From Planctomycetota bacterium (GTDB lineage Bacteria > Planctomycetota > UBA1135 > GCA-002748355), in assembly GCA_026984035.1 (NCBI GenBank), contig JALSSW010000051.1, positions 2,707 to 66,706 of the forward strand: a DNA stretch of 64,000 nt, in the 5' to 3' direction. A model generated the notes under the pieces. The model saw only the letters and a list, made by a program, of their open reading frames with translations, was not told the DNA's origin and searched no databases. Shown here in pieces: positions 10,240 to 19,969 of this stretch. Position numbers and translations under genes: made by a program. The stretch's first letter is position 1. Every line of letters starts with the position of its first letter.

Positions 10240-11934
10240 ATGGAGCAAGCTTTCGACTTTTCTTTTCTGCGGCAGGAATGCATCGGCATCGACGCCTTCT
10301 TTGAAACCCCATTCGGGAAACGGATGCTCGTGTATTGCGACTACACGGCTTCGGGGAGATGCCTTCGGTTCATCGAGCGATATCTTATGGATATCCAACG
10401 AAGCTATGCCAATACGCACACAGAGGATGATGTCTCCGGGCGCAGCATGACCCTTCTCCTCCACCAGGCCGAGCAGATGATCAAGGATGCGGTCAACGCG
10501 GGCCCCGATGGGAGGCTGATTGCTGTGGGAGCCGGATCCACAGCCGCTATCGACAAGTGTCAACAGATGCTGGGAGTTCAGCTCCCCCCCGCCACCCGGA
10601 GACTTTTGAGTACCATTCTGGGCTTGGACCCTCTGTTCCCCAGACAGGCTGCGCCTGTAGTTTTTGTGGGTCCTTATGAGCACCATTCCAATGAAGTCAC
10701 CTGGCGACAGGGAGTGGCCGAGGTTCACGAAGTCGGACTCTCCGAAGACGGCGGGATTGACCTGGCCCACCTCGAGGCTCTCCTCCAACGCCCTGAAAAC
10801 GAAGGTCGCCGATTGATCGGATCCTTTTCGGCAGCGTCCAATGTAACAGGAATGATTTCCCCCGTGCACGACATCGCCGCCCTTCTCCATCGCTATGGGG
10901 CCATTGCCTGCTTCGACTACGCGGCCAGTAGTCCCTACGTCAAAATCGACATGTGCCCCGATCCTGCAAAGAACCGGAACCCCGAAGAGGATCGTAGCTT
11001 AGACGCCATTTTTCTCTCACCCCACAAGCTCTTGGGAGGACCGGGGTCGGCGGGGATCCTTGTTTTCAAGAAGAGTCTCTACGATTGCAGCCTGGATCCA
11101 ACAGTGGGTGGCGGGGGCACCGTGGACTATGTAGGGCCTCATGGCCACGACTTTGTCAAAGATATCGAACAACGGGAAAAGGCCGGTACCCCTGGGGTCC
11201 TACAAACGATGAAAGCGGCTCTGGCTTATGAAGTAAAGGAGCGAATTGGGACCGAGCGATTGGAGGCAAGAGAACAAGATTTGCTCCAACGAGCCTTTAA
11301 AACATGGAAATCCAATCCCAACATCGAGATTCTTGGAAACCCTGACCCCGAAAAAAGAGTCGCGATCGTCTCCTTCAATATCAGAGACCCAAGAGGTGGC
11401 TACCTCCATCCCCGCTTGGTCACAGTACTCCTCAATGATCTCTTTGGAATCCAATCCAGGGCGGGTTGTTCTTGTGCGGGTCCTTATGGACATCGACTCT
11501 TGAACATCAACCAGGACCTTGCAGAACGCTACCGGCAACAAGTCCTCATGGGTCATGAGGGAATCAAACCTGGATGGTGTCGCGTCGGTTTCCACTTCAT
11601 CATGGATGATCTTGAGGCGGACTATGTGATCAAGGCAGTAGATTTTCTCGGCCACAAGGGCTGGCTCTTTGTTTCCGCCTATGAGTTGGAACTGGATTCC
11701 GGGACATGGACACATCATTTAGGGCAGGATTTAGTGGAGGATTTTTCCTTAGATGCTGCCCTTTCCACTGGCCCTCTCCAGCATGATCCACTCCCACAAG
11801 AAAGACGAGCAAAACTCTATGAACAATTTCTTTCCGAAGCTGAAGCTTCAGCCAAATCTCTGGAACAACAAGCTCTCCCCTCCTCCCCGAAACTCCCCGG
11901 AGAACTGGGTGAACTCCAATTCTTCTCGTTGTAA
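10240..11934 (+). CDS. Aminotransferase class V, cysteine desulfurase/selenocysteine lyase-like PLP enzyme
   Basis: YCDYTASG, EHHSN, SPHK (PLP Lys), GTPG, RAGCSCAGPY. Confidence 0.9.
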   Translation: MEQAFDFSFLRQECIGIDAFFETPFGKRMLVYCDYTASGRCLRFIERYLMDIQRSYANTHTEDDVSGRSMTLLLHQAEQMIKDAVNAGPDGRLIAVGAGSTAAIDKCQQMLGVQLPPATRRLLSTILGLDPLFPRQAAPVVFVGPYEHHSNEVTWRQGVAEVHEVGLSEDGGIDLAHLEALLQRPENEGRRLIGSFSAASNVTGMISPVHDIAALLHRYGAIACFDYAASSPYVKIDMCPDPAKNRNPEEDRSLDAIFLSPHKLLGGPGSAGILVFKKSLYDCSLDPTVGGGGTVDYVGPHGHDFVKDIEQREKAGTPGVLQTMKAALAYEVKERIGTERLEAREQDLLQRAFKTWKSNPNIEILGNPDPEKRVAIVSFNIRDPRGGYLHPRLVTVLLNDLFGIQSRAGCSCAGPYGHRLLNINQDLAERYRQQVLMGHEGIKPGWCRVGFHFIMDDLEADYVIKAVDFLGHKGWLFVSAYELELDSGTWTHHLGQDLVEDFSLDAALSTGPLQHDPLPQERRAKLYEQFLSEAEASAKSLEQQALPSSPKLPGELGELQFFSL

Positions 11935-12137
11935 CCCCCTTTTCTCTTGATCTCCTTCAACTTATAGAGTGCTTTGGGTTCAAGACCAAACATTTCGAAT
12001 CCTTTAGACTTTTTCTGAGCTGCGAGAACTCGAAAACCTCATGGATCTTGAAAAAAAACCTCCAGATGTGGGCAGATCCGGAAAAAAACGGGTCCCTACT
12101 TATGAATCACAAGAGTTAAACCAATTGCGAAACGAAA

Positions 12138-13688
12138 TTGTCAGAAATCGATCCAACCAAAGAAGACTTTCCCAAAAATTTCTATGCCGAAACACTTCAA
12201 CTCGCCGGAATGGCCTGCTTCGGCCGAGATCTGATCACAGGAAAGGGTTTTTGGTCTGATGAGCAGTTCCGTCTCTTCGGATTCGAACCGGGAGAAATCC
12301 AACCCGACTTCCCTTTCGTAGTCTCTCGCATTCATCCGGAAGATAAGTCCCTTTTTCTACAATGGAACAAAGAGCTTCTTGAGGAAGACGCAGCCTACGA
12401 TCACGTATTCCGAATCATCCAAAAGGATGGGAACATCCTAAAGGTACGCTCTCGGATCCGGATCGAAAGGGCTTCCAATGGGACCCCTCTTAGAGCTTTT
12501 GGGATCCTCCAGGATCTCAGTCGAGAAACCGAATTCGACACCAAACTCCGGGCGAGCGAAGCTGCTCTCCGCGAGGCGCAAAGAATCGCCAAAATCGGAA
12601 GTTGGTCCCACAATATCGAAACAGAAGAGTACGAGTGGTCAGATGAAATGTTCCGGATTGCAGGAATTCCCCGACAAAAAATCACTCGTGACCTTCTTCG
12701 TGCAACGGTCTACCCCGAAGACATCCCAAGGTTGGAAGATGCCTCCAGAGCATCCAGAGAGGGGGAAGAATTCATCAACCTCGAACTTCGAATTCGGCGG
12801 CCTGATGGCGAGATTCGCTTCATTCAGGATCGATGGAAAAGTATCAAAGATGCGAATGGAAAAGAGATCAGCCGTTTTGGCACCATTCAAGACATCACGG
12901 AAAAAAAGCAGGCTGAACGCGAACGCCTGCGCCTCGAACGAAAAATCCTCGAAGCCGAGAAGCTCGAAAGCCTTGGCCTTCTTGCAGGAGGCATTGCCCA
13001 CGATTTTAATAACCTCCTGGCCGGAGTTCTGGGACATACCGAGCTTCTGCTCTCAGTCCTTCCCGAAGGAACCCAACAGAGAGAATGGGCTGAAGGAATC
13101 CTTAGGAATACCGAAGCCGCCGCAGAGTTGGTGAAAAATCTTCTTAATTTCGCTGGAAAACGGAAGGGGAGAAAACGCCCGCTCAACATGTTGGAAGTCA
13201 TCGAAAATACTATCTCCCTTGTCAAGCCTTTGGTCCCCTCCCAAATCAAATTACATTTCCAAAGAAAGGCACCTGTCCCCAATATCCTGGGAGATCCTTT
13301 AAGGATGCGACAAGCCATCATGAATCTTCTTCTCAACAGCGTGGATGCGATGTCCTCAGCACCCGGGAACCTTTGGATCCGGATCCGACAAAGATCTTCA
13401 AAAGAAAAAGAAAAACCTCAAAGGAATTGGACCAAATGCATTTGCTGGGGTGAAGACCTCTCCCTCAAAGACTCCCTTGTGATTGAAGTTGAGGATGAAG
13501 GAGAGGGCATGAGCTCCGACACTCTAGACAAGATCTTTGACCCCTTCTTCACAACCAAGTTCACCGGCCATGGCCTGGGACTTGCTTCTACCCTTGATAT
13601 CATTCGGAGCCACGGCGGACAAATTTGTGTCCAGAGCGGGAGGGGAGAAGGCAGTCTCTTTCGTATTCTCCTTCCTACTTGTTCATGA
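12138..13688 (+). CDS. Cytoplasmic PAS-PAS sensor histidine kinase without receiver domain
   Basis: Two PAS_3-like repeats, H-box AGGIAHDFNNLL, N box NLLLNSVDAM, DEGEGM, FFTTKFTGHGLGL. Confidence 0.92.
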   Translation: MSEIDPTKEDFPKNFYAETLQLAGMACFGRDLITGKGFWSDEQFRLFGFEPGEIQPDFPFVVSRIHPEDKSLFLQWNKELLEEDAAYDHVFRIIQKDGNILKVRSRIRIERASNGTPLRAFGILQDLSRETEFDTKLRASEAALREAQRIAKIGSWSHNIETEEYEWSDEMFRIAGIPRQKITRDLLRATVYPEDIPRLEDASRASREGEEFINLELRIRRPDGEIRFIQDRWKSIKDANGKEISRFGTIQDITEKKQAERERLRLERKILEAEKLESLGLLAGGIAHDFNNLLAGVLGHTELLLSVLPEGTQQREWAEGILRNTEAAAELVKNLLNFAGKRKGRKRPLNMLEVIENTISLVKPLVPSQIKLHFQRKAPVPNILGDPLRMRQAIMNLLLNSVDAMSSAPGNLWIRIRQRSSKEKEKPQRNWTKCICWGEDLSLKDSLVIEVEDEGEGMSSDTLDKIFDPFFTTKFTGHGLGLASTLDIIRSHGGQICVQSGRGEGSLFRILLPTCS

Positions 13689-15342
13689 CATCTTCGATTC
13701 CAAAAGAAGCAAAGTCGTTCTTTGCAAAGTTCGCATGGAACATCTCTTTCAGCCTCAGCGCCTGGCGATCATAAGCCTCTTTATCCTTCCAAGTATTTCT
13801 TGGATTCAAAATTTCCGCAGGAACATCGGGACAGGTCTTCGGCATAAGGAGCCCAAAGACGGGGTGTTTTTCAAATTCGACTTTGCCCTCATCCAAATCA
13901 CCTCTTAGGGCTGCGTTCAGAAGGGCGCGCGTATGCTTGATGGAAATCCGATGGCCGGTTCCATAGGGGCCTCCTGACCAACCGGTATTGAGAAGAATGC
14001 ATCGTGTCTTATGGGCTTGCATCTTTTCGGCGAGTAGTTTTGCATATACCGAGGGAAAATGAGCCATAAAGGGTGCTCCAAAACAAGCACTGAAAGCTGC
14101 TACCGGCTCGGTGATACCAACCTCCGTCCCGGCCAACTTAGAGGTAAAGCCTGAGACAAAATGATACATCACCTCTTTCTGAGTCAAAACCGATACAGGA
14201 GGTAGCACACCAAAAGCATCCGCCGTCAATAGGACAATCGTTTGGGGATGAGGACCGCGAGCCCCGGGCATAACATTGGGGTTAGCATCAAGCGGATAGG
14301 AAAAGCGGGTGTTTTCGGTAATGGACCTGTCCGTGAGATCCAACTCCTGAGGATCGGTTTCATCAAGGGGTTTGCCAGGAAGCGCTGGGACGTTTTCTAT
14401 CAAAGTCCCGGGCATGGAAAGAGCAGAGGCAATGACCGGCTCAGCCTCCTTATTAAGGTCTATGAGCTTTGCATAACAGCCATCTTCCAGGTTAAACACG
14501 CCACCCTTGGTCCAGGCATGTTCATCATCCCCGATCAACCTTCTATTGGGATCTGCCGAAAGAGTCGTCTTTCCTGTTCCCGAAAGACCAAAGAGAATAG
14601 CGCAATCATTGGCTCGCCCAACATTGGCAGAGCAGTGCATCGAAAGTTCATTCTGTTCAGGGAGTAGATAATTAAACACCGTAAATAAGGATTTTTTGTT
14701 TACGCCACAATAATCCGCGCGTCCACAAACGAGGACAACCCTGTCCTTGAAGTCCAAAATGACGACCCTTTCAGATTTACTTCCATCTCTTTTGGGGTCG
14801 CAGTGGAAAGAGGGAACATTCAATAAGGTCCAACGCTTCCCATCTTCATCGGAAACCCCTTCGACTCCCTTAGGGAACATATTATGTGTGAAGAGCGCGT
14901 GGGATGCGTATTCTCCGACAAAACGAACAGGGATGGCAAATTCCGGATCGACTCCACAGTAAACATCTTTGACATAGAGCCTCGTATTGTTGGCGTTTAG
15001 GTAGTCAACAACCCGCCGCCGGAGAGCCAGGTAAGCCTGGGGATCGTATTTTTGGAAATCGGGCTTCCACCAAATTTTATCCTCAAACTCAGGCCAAGCA
15101 GCAGCAAAGGTGTCTTTTACAGGCCTGCCGGTGCAAGTGGGATCGGTGTAAAAGACGAGAGGGCCTTCCAAGCCCAATTTCGTTTGATAAGCCTTATGGT
15201 CATCATCAGGTCCACCCTCCCGGATCCGCCCCCTGTCGTGGATTAAGGCTTCCTTGAAAAGAGCCTCTTTGGACAAATTCGGATGGTAATCGACCGAACT
15301 GAGGCCGAGTTTCTCTTGGAGCTGGGACCGAAAATCACTCAT
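13675..15342 (-). CDS. pckA: Phosphoenolpyruvate carboxykinase (ATP)
   Basis: MHCSAN, FGLSGTGKTTLS, LIGDDEH, GCYAK, ENTR, FSACFGAPF, NTGWSGG. Confidence 0.96.
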   Translation of the reverse strand: MSDFRSQLQEKLGLSSVDYHPNLSKEALFKEALIHDRGRIREGGPDDDHKAYQTKLGLEGPLVFYTDPTCTGRPVKDTFAAAWPEFEDKIWWKPDFQKYDPQAYLALRRRVVDYLNANNTRLYVKDVYCGVDPEFAIPVRFVGEYASHALFTHNMFPKGVEGVSDEDGKRWTLLNVPSFHCDPKRDGSKSERVVILDFKDRVVLVCGRADYCGVNKKSLFTVFNYLLPEQNELSMHCSANVGRANDCAILFGLSGTGKTTLSADPNRRLIGDDEHAWTKGGVFNLEDGCYAKLIDLNKEAEPVIASALSMPGTLIENVPALPGKPLDETDPQELDLTDRSITENTRFSYPLDANPNVMPGARGPHPQTIVLLTADAFGVLPPVSVLTQKEVMYHFVSGFTSKLAGTEVGITEPVAAFSACFGAPFMAHFPSVYAKLLAEKMQAHKTRCILLNTGWSGGPYGTGHRISIKHTRALLNAALRGDLDEGKVEFEKHPVFGLLMPKTCPDVPAEILNPRNTWKDKEAYDRQALRLKEMFHANFAKNDFASFGIEDVMNK

Positions 15343-15876
15343 TGTTGGGACTCGCTTTTCCTTGTGTTATGGATGTTTGAAAACCAGATTGACCATTGCC
15401 GGACCTTAAGCATCCGGACCATCAATGGTTCCCCCGGATAGGTCAAGCTTTTGGCTCCTTCAGACTGAACGCGCAAAAGAAAAAGAATTGGACCGCTTGA
15501 TTCAAGAGATCACTTCAAGTGCATGCAAAACCCTTGAGGAGTGTTGCATAAACGGTCTACAAGGAGGGATTTGCTCCGGAAAAGCTTGTCAATGAGGGAC
15601 CCTTATTCTTTTTCTTTGCGGTCCTTCCCGCTTAGACAAAGGCCAGGAGAATCCATTCAAGCATGATCCTGAGGTAAATAACACCTTGTAAAGAGAGCGA
15701 GGCGATGAATAAAGCGGGTTCGTGGAACATTCAAGCCATTCCCCCTCATGGATACAAGGTTTGGGCTGAGAAGAAAACCGCCCCCAGCCCCCCTATTCTA
15801 TTCGGATGGAACCCGCTTTCTTTTTGCCTCGCGCAAAAAAGAACCCGAGACCCTCCTTTGTCGGGAGGGAAGGACC

Positions 15877-17136
15877 TCAAGAAGGCTTGTCCAGATGAAC
15901 ATCCATCTGGGGATAGGGGATTGAAATCCCTTCGGCATCGAAGCGCTTTTTGACTTCTCGGGTAATATCCCAGTAAACAGCCCAGTAGTCACTTGTTTTG
16001 CACCAAGGACGCACAACAAAGTTGACAGAAGAATCAGCAAGTTCGTGCATCTTGACGACCGGAGCGGGGTCCTTCAAAACCAAGGAATGCGCCTTAACAA
16101 TCTCCTCCAAGACCTTGGCGGCCTTGTCAGGGTTATCGTCGTACCCAATTCCGAAGACCATATCCACGCGACGAGTATCACTTCCTGTGATGTTCTTTAT
16201 CGTTCCCCCCCAAATGGAGTTGTTCGGGATCACAAGAACTTGGTTGTCAGGGGTCTTTATGGTTGTCGAAACCAAGCTCATTGCGCTGACTCCCCCCACC
16301 GATCCAGCAACCTCAACAACATCGCCGAGATCGTAAGGGCGATAGAGGAGAATCATGATACCCGAGGCAAAGTTGCTCAAAGTACCCTGTAAAGCGAAGC
16401 CTACGATGAAGCCGACGGCTCCAATGGCTGCCAAGAGGGGTCCAATGTCGATCCCCAACATAGAGAGGGCAACAACAAGCCCAACAAAGAAGATCAATTT
16501 TCGGACGGTATTCGTAAAAAAGTCTCGGAGTAAATCGGAGGTTCTTCCAAACTTTTTTAAGGCCCTTGCAGTCACACCCGCTGCAATCCGTCCAGCAATG
16601 GAAAAGACAAACAGGACGATAAGGAAAAGGATAATATTGATTCCCAAGGCAATACCACCCGTTTCGCTCAAAAGCCAATCTTTGGCAGTGGTGATAAACC
16701 CCGAGGCATTACTTGTATCTAAACTCAGACCTGAAACTTCGTCCAAATACTTTTGGTAGTCTCCGGTGTCCCCCCCTTTTGCTTTATACGCTTTCAGTGC
16801 TACCTTCAGAAGAGCAACCTTGTTTGCCTTCTCGACCCCCAATTCCGCAAGGGTTTTTCTTAGGGCGTCTTTATTCGAAGCTTTTGGATTTTGAAGATCA
16901 ATTTGTGTCTGACTTTCCTTCTCTACAGTCTTTTTTAACTCATTGAGCCATGCCTCGGCTTCAACCTTGAGATCATCCTTAAACATAGGCCGAAGTTTAA
17001 GTTCCAAAACTTTGGCATTTTGGATAGAGATGGTCTGGGGGCTAGGAGGAGTTTTTTGGTCCTGTGCCACAAGAGAGAAGGATAGAAAAAGAGCAAAGAG
17101 CAAGCCCTGGAGAAGGCTTTTAACGAGAGAATGCAT
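15877..17136 (-). CDS. MscS-family small-conductance mechanosensitive channel with exported N-terminal domain
   Basis: GFALQGTLSNFASG..RPYDLGD..IPNN..RRVDMVFGIGY..ELADSSVNF..IPYPQ. Signal-like N-terminus; start uncertain (17136 or 17151). Confidence 0.92.
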   Translation of the reverse strand: MHSLVKSLLQGLLFALFLSFSLVAQDQKTPPSPQTISIQNAKVLELKLRPMFKDDLKVEAEAWLNELKKTVEKESQTQIDLQNPKASNKDALRKTLAELGVEKANKVALLKVALKAYKAKGGDTGDYQKYLDEVSGLSLDTSNASGFITTAKDWLLSETGGIALGINIILFLIVLFVFSIAGRIAAGVTARALKKFGRTSDLLRDFFTNTVRKLIFFVGLVVALSMLGIDIGPLLAAIGAVGFIVGFALQGTLSNFASGIMILLYRPYDLGDVVEVAGSVGGVSAMSLVSTTIKTPDNQVLVIPNNSIWGGTIKNITGSDTRRVDMVFGIGYDDNPDKAAKVLEEIVKAHSLVLKDPAPVVKMHELADSSVNFVVRPWCKTSDYWAVYWDITREVKKRFDAEGISIPYPQMDVHLDKPS

Positions 17137-17319
17137 TGCGATGATCTCCAAGAATGGACAAAGGTCAAAACACAGTTCGTGAAATTTGGGCGATAAGAAT
17201 ATGAGCGTTCCCCAAAATTTCTACTCTTAAGTGAGAAAAACTCACATCCAGGGTTCAGCCAAACATCGAGATCTTAAGGCGTCATCCATGTTTATTCACT
17301 GGGCGGATAAGAATGCACA

Positions 17320-17700
17320 CTACCGCCCTATCAGGTGAAACGTTTCAAAAACGAATTTCCCGTCTTTGACATTCCCTTTTACTTTTGCCTTTAAACCAGT
17401 TTTGTGACAAAAGGGCATGGGACCTAAGTTTAAATCTCCAAGGATCGGAATATATCGGCCATCGATTTCGATAAATTCGCCACACTTTCCAATGCCCTTA
17501 ATCGCGCATCCACACTTCACCTTATGAACGCTCTCAGGTACATGCAGGACGTTCCCCGTCTTATCCCCCGTCGTCATTCCAACCGCTTGCTTCGTTTGCT
17601 TGGGCTGATCAGCTTCCCGGACCTTCCCCCCACAAGCAAAGAGAAGGGAGAATAGGAGATAAGCAAGCTGAGAGGATTGAAACTCTTTCTTTTTTTCCAT
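17320..17700 (-). CDS. Small Cys-containing lipoprotein (resembles DUF6370-like proteins)
   Basis: LFAC lipobox; KCGC...KC...FC and a beta-rich C-terminus. Confidence 0.6.
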   Translation of the reverse strand: MEKKKEFQSSQLAYLLFSLLFACGGKVREADQPKQTKQAVGMTTGDKTGNVLHVPESVHKVKCGCAIKGIGKCGEFIEIDGRYIPILGDLNLGPMPFCHKTGLKAKVKGNVKDGKFVFETFHLIGR

Positions 17701-17785
17701 GAATGAATCCCTTTTTATCTGGACTTAGCCCAAGGCCTTCATGCCCTCCCCCTACCGGAAGAAAGTTTTTGTTCCTTGATCATGA

Positions 17786-18238
17786 CTATAGCTTGGGAAT
17801 CGCATCAGCAAGAGCGCAGACTTTTTGGTAGTAATCTTCCGTTTCCAATCCCAGAAGGGCGGCCCCAAAAGCTTCGGCATCCTCATGGGTCGCGACATCT
17901 CCATAGTTGATTCTCACAAGCTGATAAGAGACCAAAAAAGGAAGAGCTTCGGGTTTGTCTTGGAAATAGGGGTGCACAAAAAGGCAAAAACCTTCACTCG
18001 GAGTCTCTCCCAGGGGAGCAGAAAACGCAAACTCACCGGGCTCGAGGGGTTCAGAGTCAAACCGAAGGATCGTTGGAAAACGTACAAGGGAAGGGTCCTT
18101 GAGGAGAGCCAGAATCTCCTCCGCCCCAATATCCCCATACCTATGCCTCGCTTCCATCGCTCGAAGAATCGCATGCTCCCTGAGGGCAAGCTTCCCATCC
18201 TCTTCGGTGGGTTGATATCGATTGTCAGACTCGCTCAT
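17786..18238 (-). CDS. Hypothetical acidic protein
   Basis: 150 aa globular-looking ORF with AGGA RBS, same strand as the upstream operon. Confidence 0.7.
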   Translation of the reverse strand: MSESDNRYQPTEEDGKLALREHAILRAMEARHRYGDIGAEEILALLKDPSLVRFPTILRFDSEPLEPGEFAFSAPLGETPSEGFCLFVHPYFQDKPEALPFLVSYQLVRINYGDVATHEDAEAFGAALLGLETEDYYQKVCALADAIPKL

Positions 18239-18396
18239 TCCTGAAAACTACCTTAGTCATCCTCTCGCGTTCTCTGAAGAGTATTTTGCCCAAAGACCAG
18301 AATCTAGGAATGCTTTGGCTTTTTCCAAGCTGAAGCAATCCAAAGGGATTGACGACAGCTTGGAAAAGCCATGGGATAAAACCCATTTCCTGAGAT

Positions 18397-18430
18397 CTTT
18401 CATGCAAAGGCCTAGGCCTTTGCATGAAAG
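18397..18430. repeat. Perfect 34-bp palindrome (probable terminator or stabilising hairpin after the hao-like gene)
   Basis: CTTTCATGCAAAGGCCT|AGGCCTTTGCATGAAAG, with smaller hairpins at 18371-18386 and 18441-18463. Confidence 0.85.
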
Positions 18431-18484
18431 GAAAACAAGCTCATGAACAAAGCGAGTTCATGAAGCAAGGAGAAAAGGGATGCC

Positions 18485-19957
18485 TCAGTTCTTGTAACGT
18501 TTTTTGAACTCTTCCCGAGCTTTCTTCCTCCTTGCAGCCTCTTCCGGACTCATCTTGTCCAGGAACCACTGATGGTCTTTTGAGTTGAGAACCTCATCAA
18601 TCTTGGCAAGCAGTTTCTTCCCGCCGGCAATCTTTTTCGGATCCCCTGAAGCGATGGCATCTTTCGCCAGCTTCTTCAAAATGGGAATGTAGTTGGCATA
18701 GAAATGCTGGGCAACCTCATAGGTCCCGTGCCAGTGCGTGTAATCGGGTCCCATCATCGAAGCGCCATGGCGTGCCCTGCGCCCCTCATGGTGCCAAATT
18801 TCAAACCAAACCCAGTCGACCTTATGGGAGAAAGGGGCCTTGTGAGGACGCAAAGGTTTTGCAAGAGCATAAAGAGCTTTTCCAGGAGCTCCGAACTTGG
18901 TGTTGTACAGGTTCACCAATCCGTCATATTGGACATAGAAATTTTCTACCCAATTCTTGTTGTGGCAAGCACTGCAAACATCCTTCATGTTCTGCCGACG
19001 AACTTGCCAAGGCACATTCGCACTGGGCAAACCCATTTTGGCATCAGCAATTTCGGGACGAACCGAAGTAATCGGACGATTGTTCCAACTGATCCTCATA
19101 CCAATGTCATGAGTCACCTTTTGGTTTTTGGTGGCGGACATATGGCAGGTAGCACAAGTCGGAGCAGCCCAATAGTCTTCACCTGCGATCCATTTCGCCG
19201 AACTCATGTTCATCTTATCTTCATTTGCGAAGAAATTGATGCCATGCTTGGACTCTTCATAGATCTCCTTTTGGGGATGATCGGGACCAAGGTGGCACTT
19301 ACCACAGGTGTTCGGATGTCGCGCTTGGGCCACAGAGAAGGAATGCCTTGTATGGCAAGCATTGCAAGAACCTTGCGTACCATCCGGATTCAAGCGGCCA
19401 ATCCCACTGTTGGGGTAAGTCGCTGGATCCAACTTGCCGTTGGCCAAGACCTTCACCGGGGCACCATGGCACTGCCAACACCCATTGACCGCTGCCGCGG
19501 AGACACCCATCGGAAAGGCTGGGGTTATCAACCCCTTGTTTCCCTCGACCACTTCGGCGAGGACATTGTCGAGAGAACCAAGAATCTTCCCCGCACTCGC
19601 GTGGTGAGAATCTTGAAACTCTTTGACTTCCTGACTATGGCACCTTGAACAATCCTTAGGACTCACAATCACTGCAATCGTGTAGTCATAATGATTGAAA
19701 GCATCCTTGTCGGATTTTTCAGCCTGATGGCATTCATAGCAGCCCACGTTCGCACGATAGTGCTTACTGCTCCCCCATTGCTGGTAGAGCCCGCGGTTCT
19801 GCTTCCTATGGCACTGGATGCACTCCTTACTCTCAGGACTGATCTGCGGCAACCCAATCGCTTGGGCCTCCAATGCGGTCGTGGTTCCAAGAACCATGGC
19901 CGGACCAGCTAAGAGAAGCAAGCAAGCGCGCCTCAATGCGGCGATCGATCGAAGCAT
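18485..19957 (-). CDS. Octaheme hydroxylamine oxidoreductase-family cytochrome c (epsilon-Hao-like)
   Basis: Sec signal; 8 CxxCH motifs (CIQCH, CYECH, CSRCH, CWQCH, CNACH, CGKCH, CATCH, CSACH); CHLGPDHPQKEIYEESKHG; WHHEGRRARHGASMMGPDYTHWHG. Confidence 0.92.
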   Translation of the reverse strand: MLRSIAALRRACLLLLAGPAMVLGTTTALEAQAIGLPQISPESKECIQCHRKQNRGLYQQWGSSKHYRANVGCYECHQAEKSDKDAFNHYDYTIAVIVSPKDCSRCHSQEVKEFQDSHHASAGKILGSLDNVLAEVVEGNKGLITPAFPMGVSAAAVNGCWQCHGAPVKVLANGKLDPATYPNSGIGRLNPDGTQGSCNACHTRHSFSVAQARHPNTCGKCHLGPDHPQKEIYEESKHGINFFANEDKMNMSSAKWIAGEDYWAAPTCATCHMSATKNQKVTHDIGMRISWNNRPITSVRPEIADAKMGLPSANVPWQVRRQNMKDVCSACHNKNWVENFYVQYDGLVNLYNTKFGAPGKALYALAKPLRPHKAPFSHKVDWVWFEIWHHEGRRARHGASMMGPDYTHWHGTYEVAQHFYANYIPILKKLAKDAIASGDPKKIAGGKKLLAKIDEVLNSKDHQWFLDKMSPEEAARRKKAREEFKKRYKN

Positions 19958-19969
19958 CGAACCTACTCC

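Noticed and set aside
18704-19648. Long antisense ORFs (this one, 9916-10890, 42723-43526 and others)
   Set aside because: They lie opposite well-supported genes and have no motifs; expected from codon bias.
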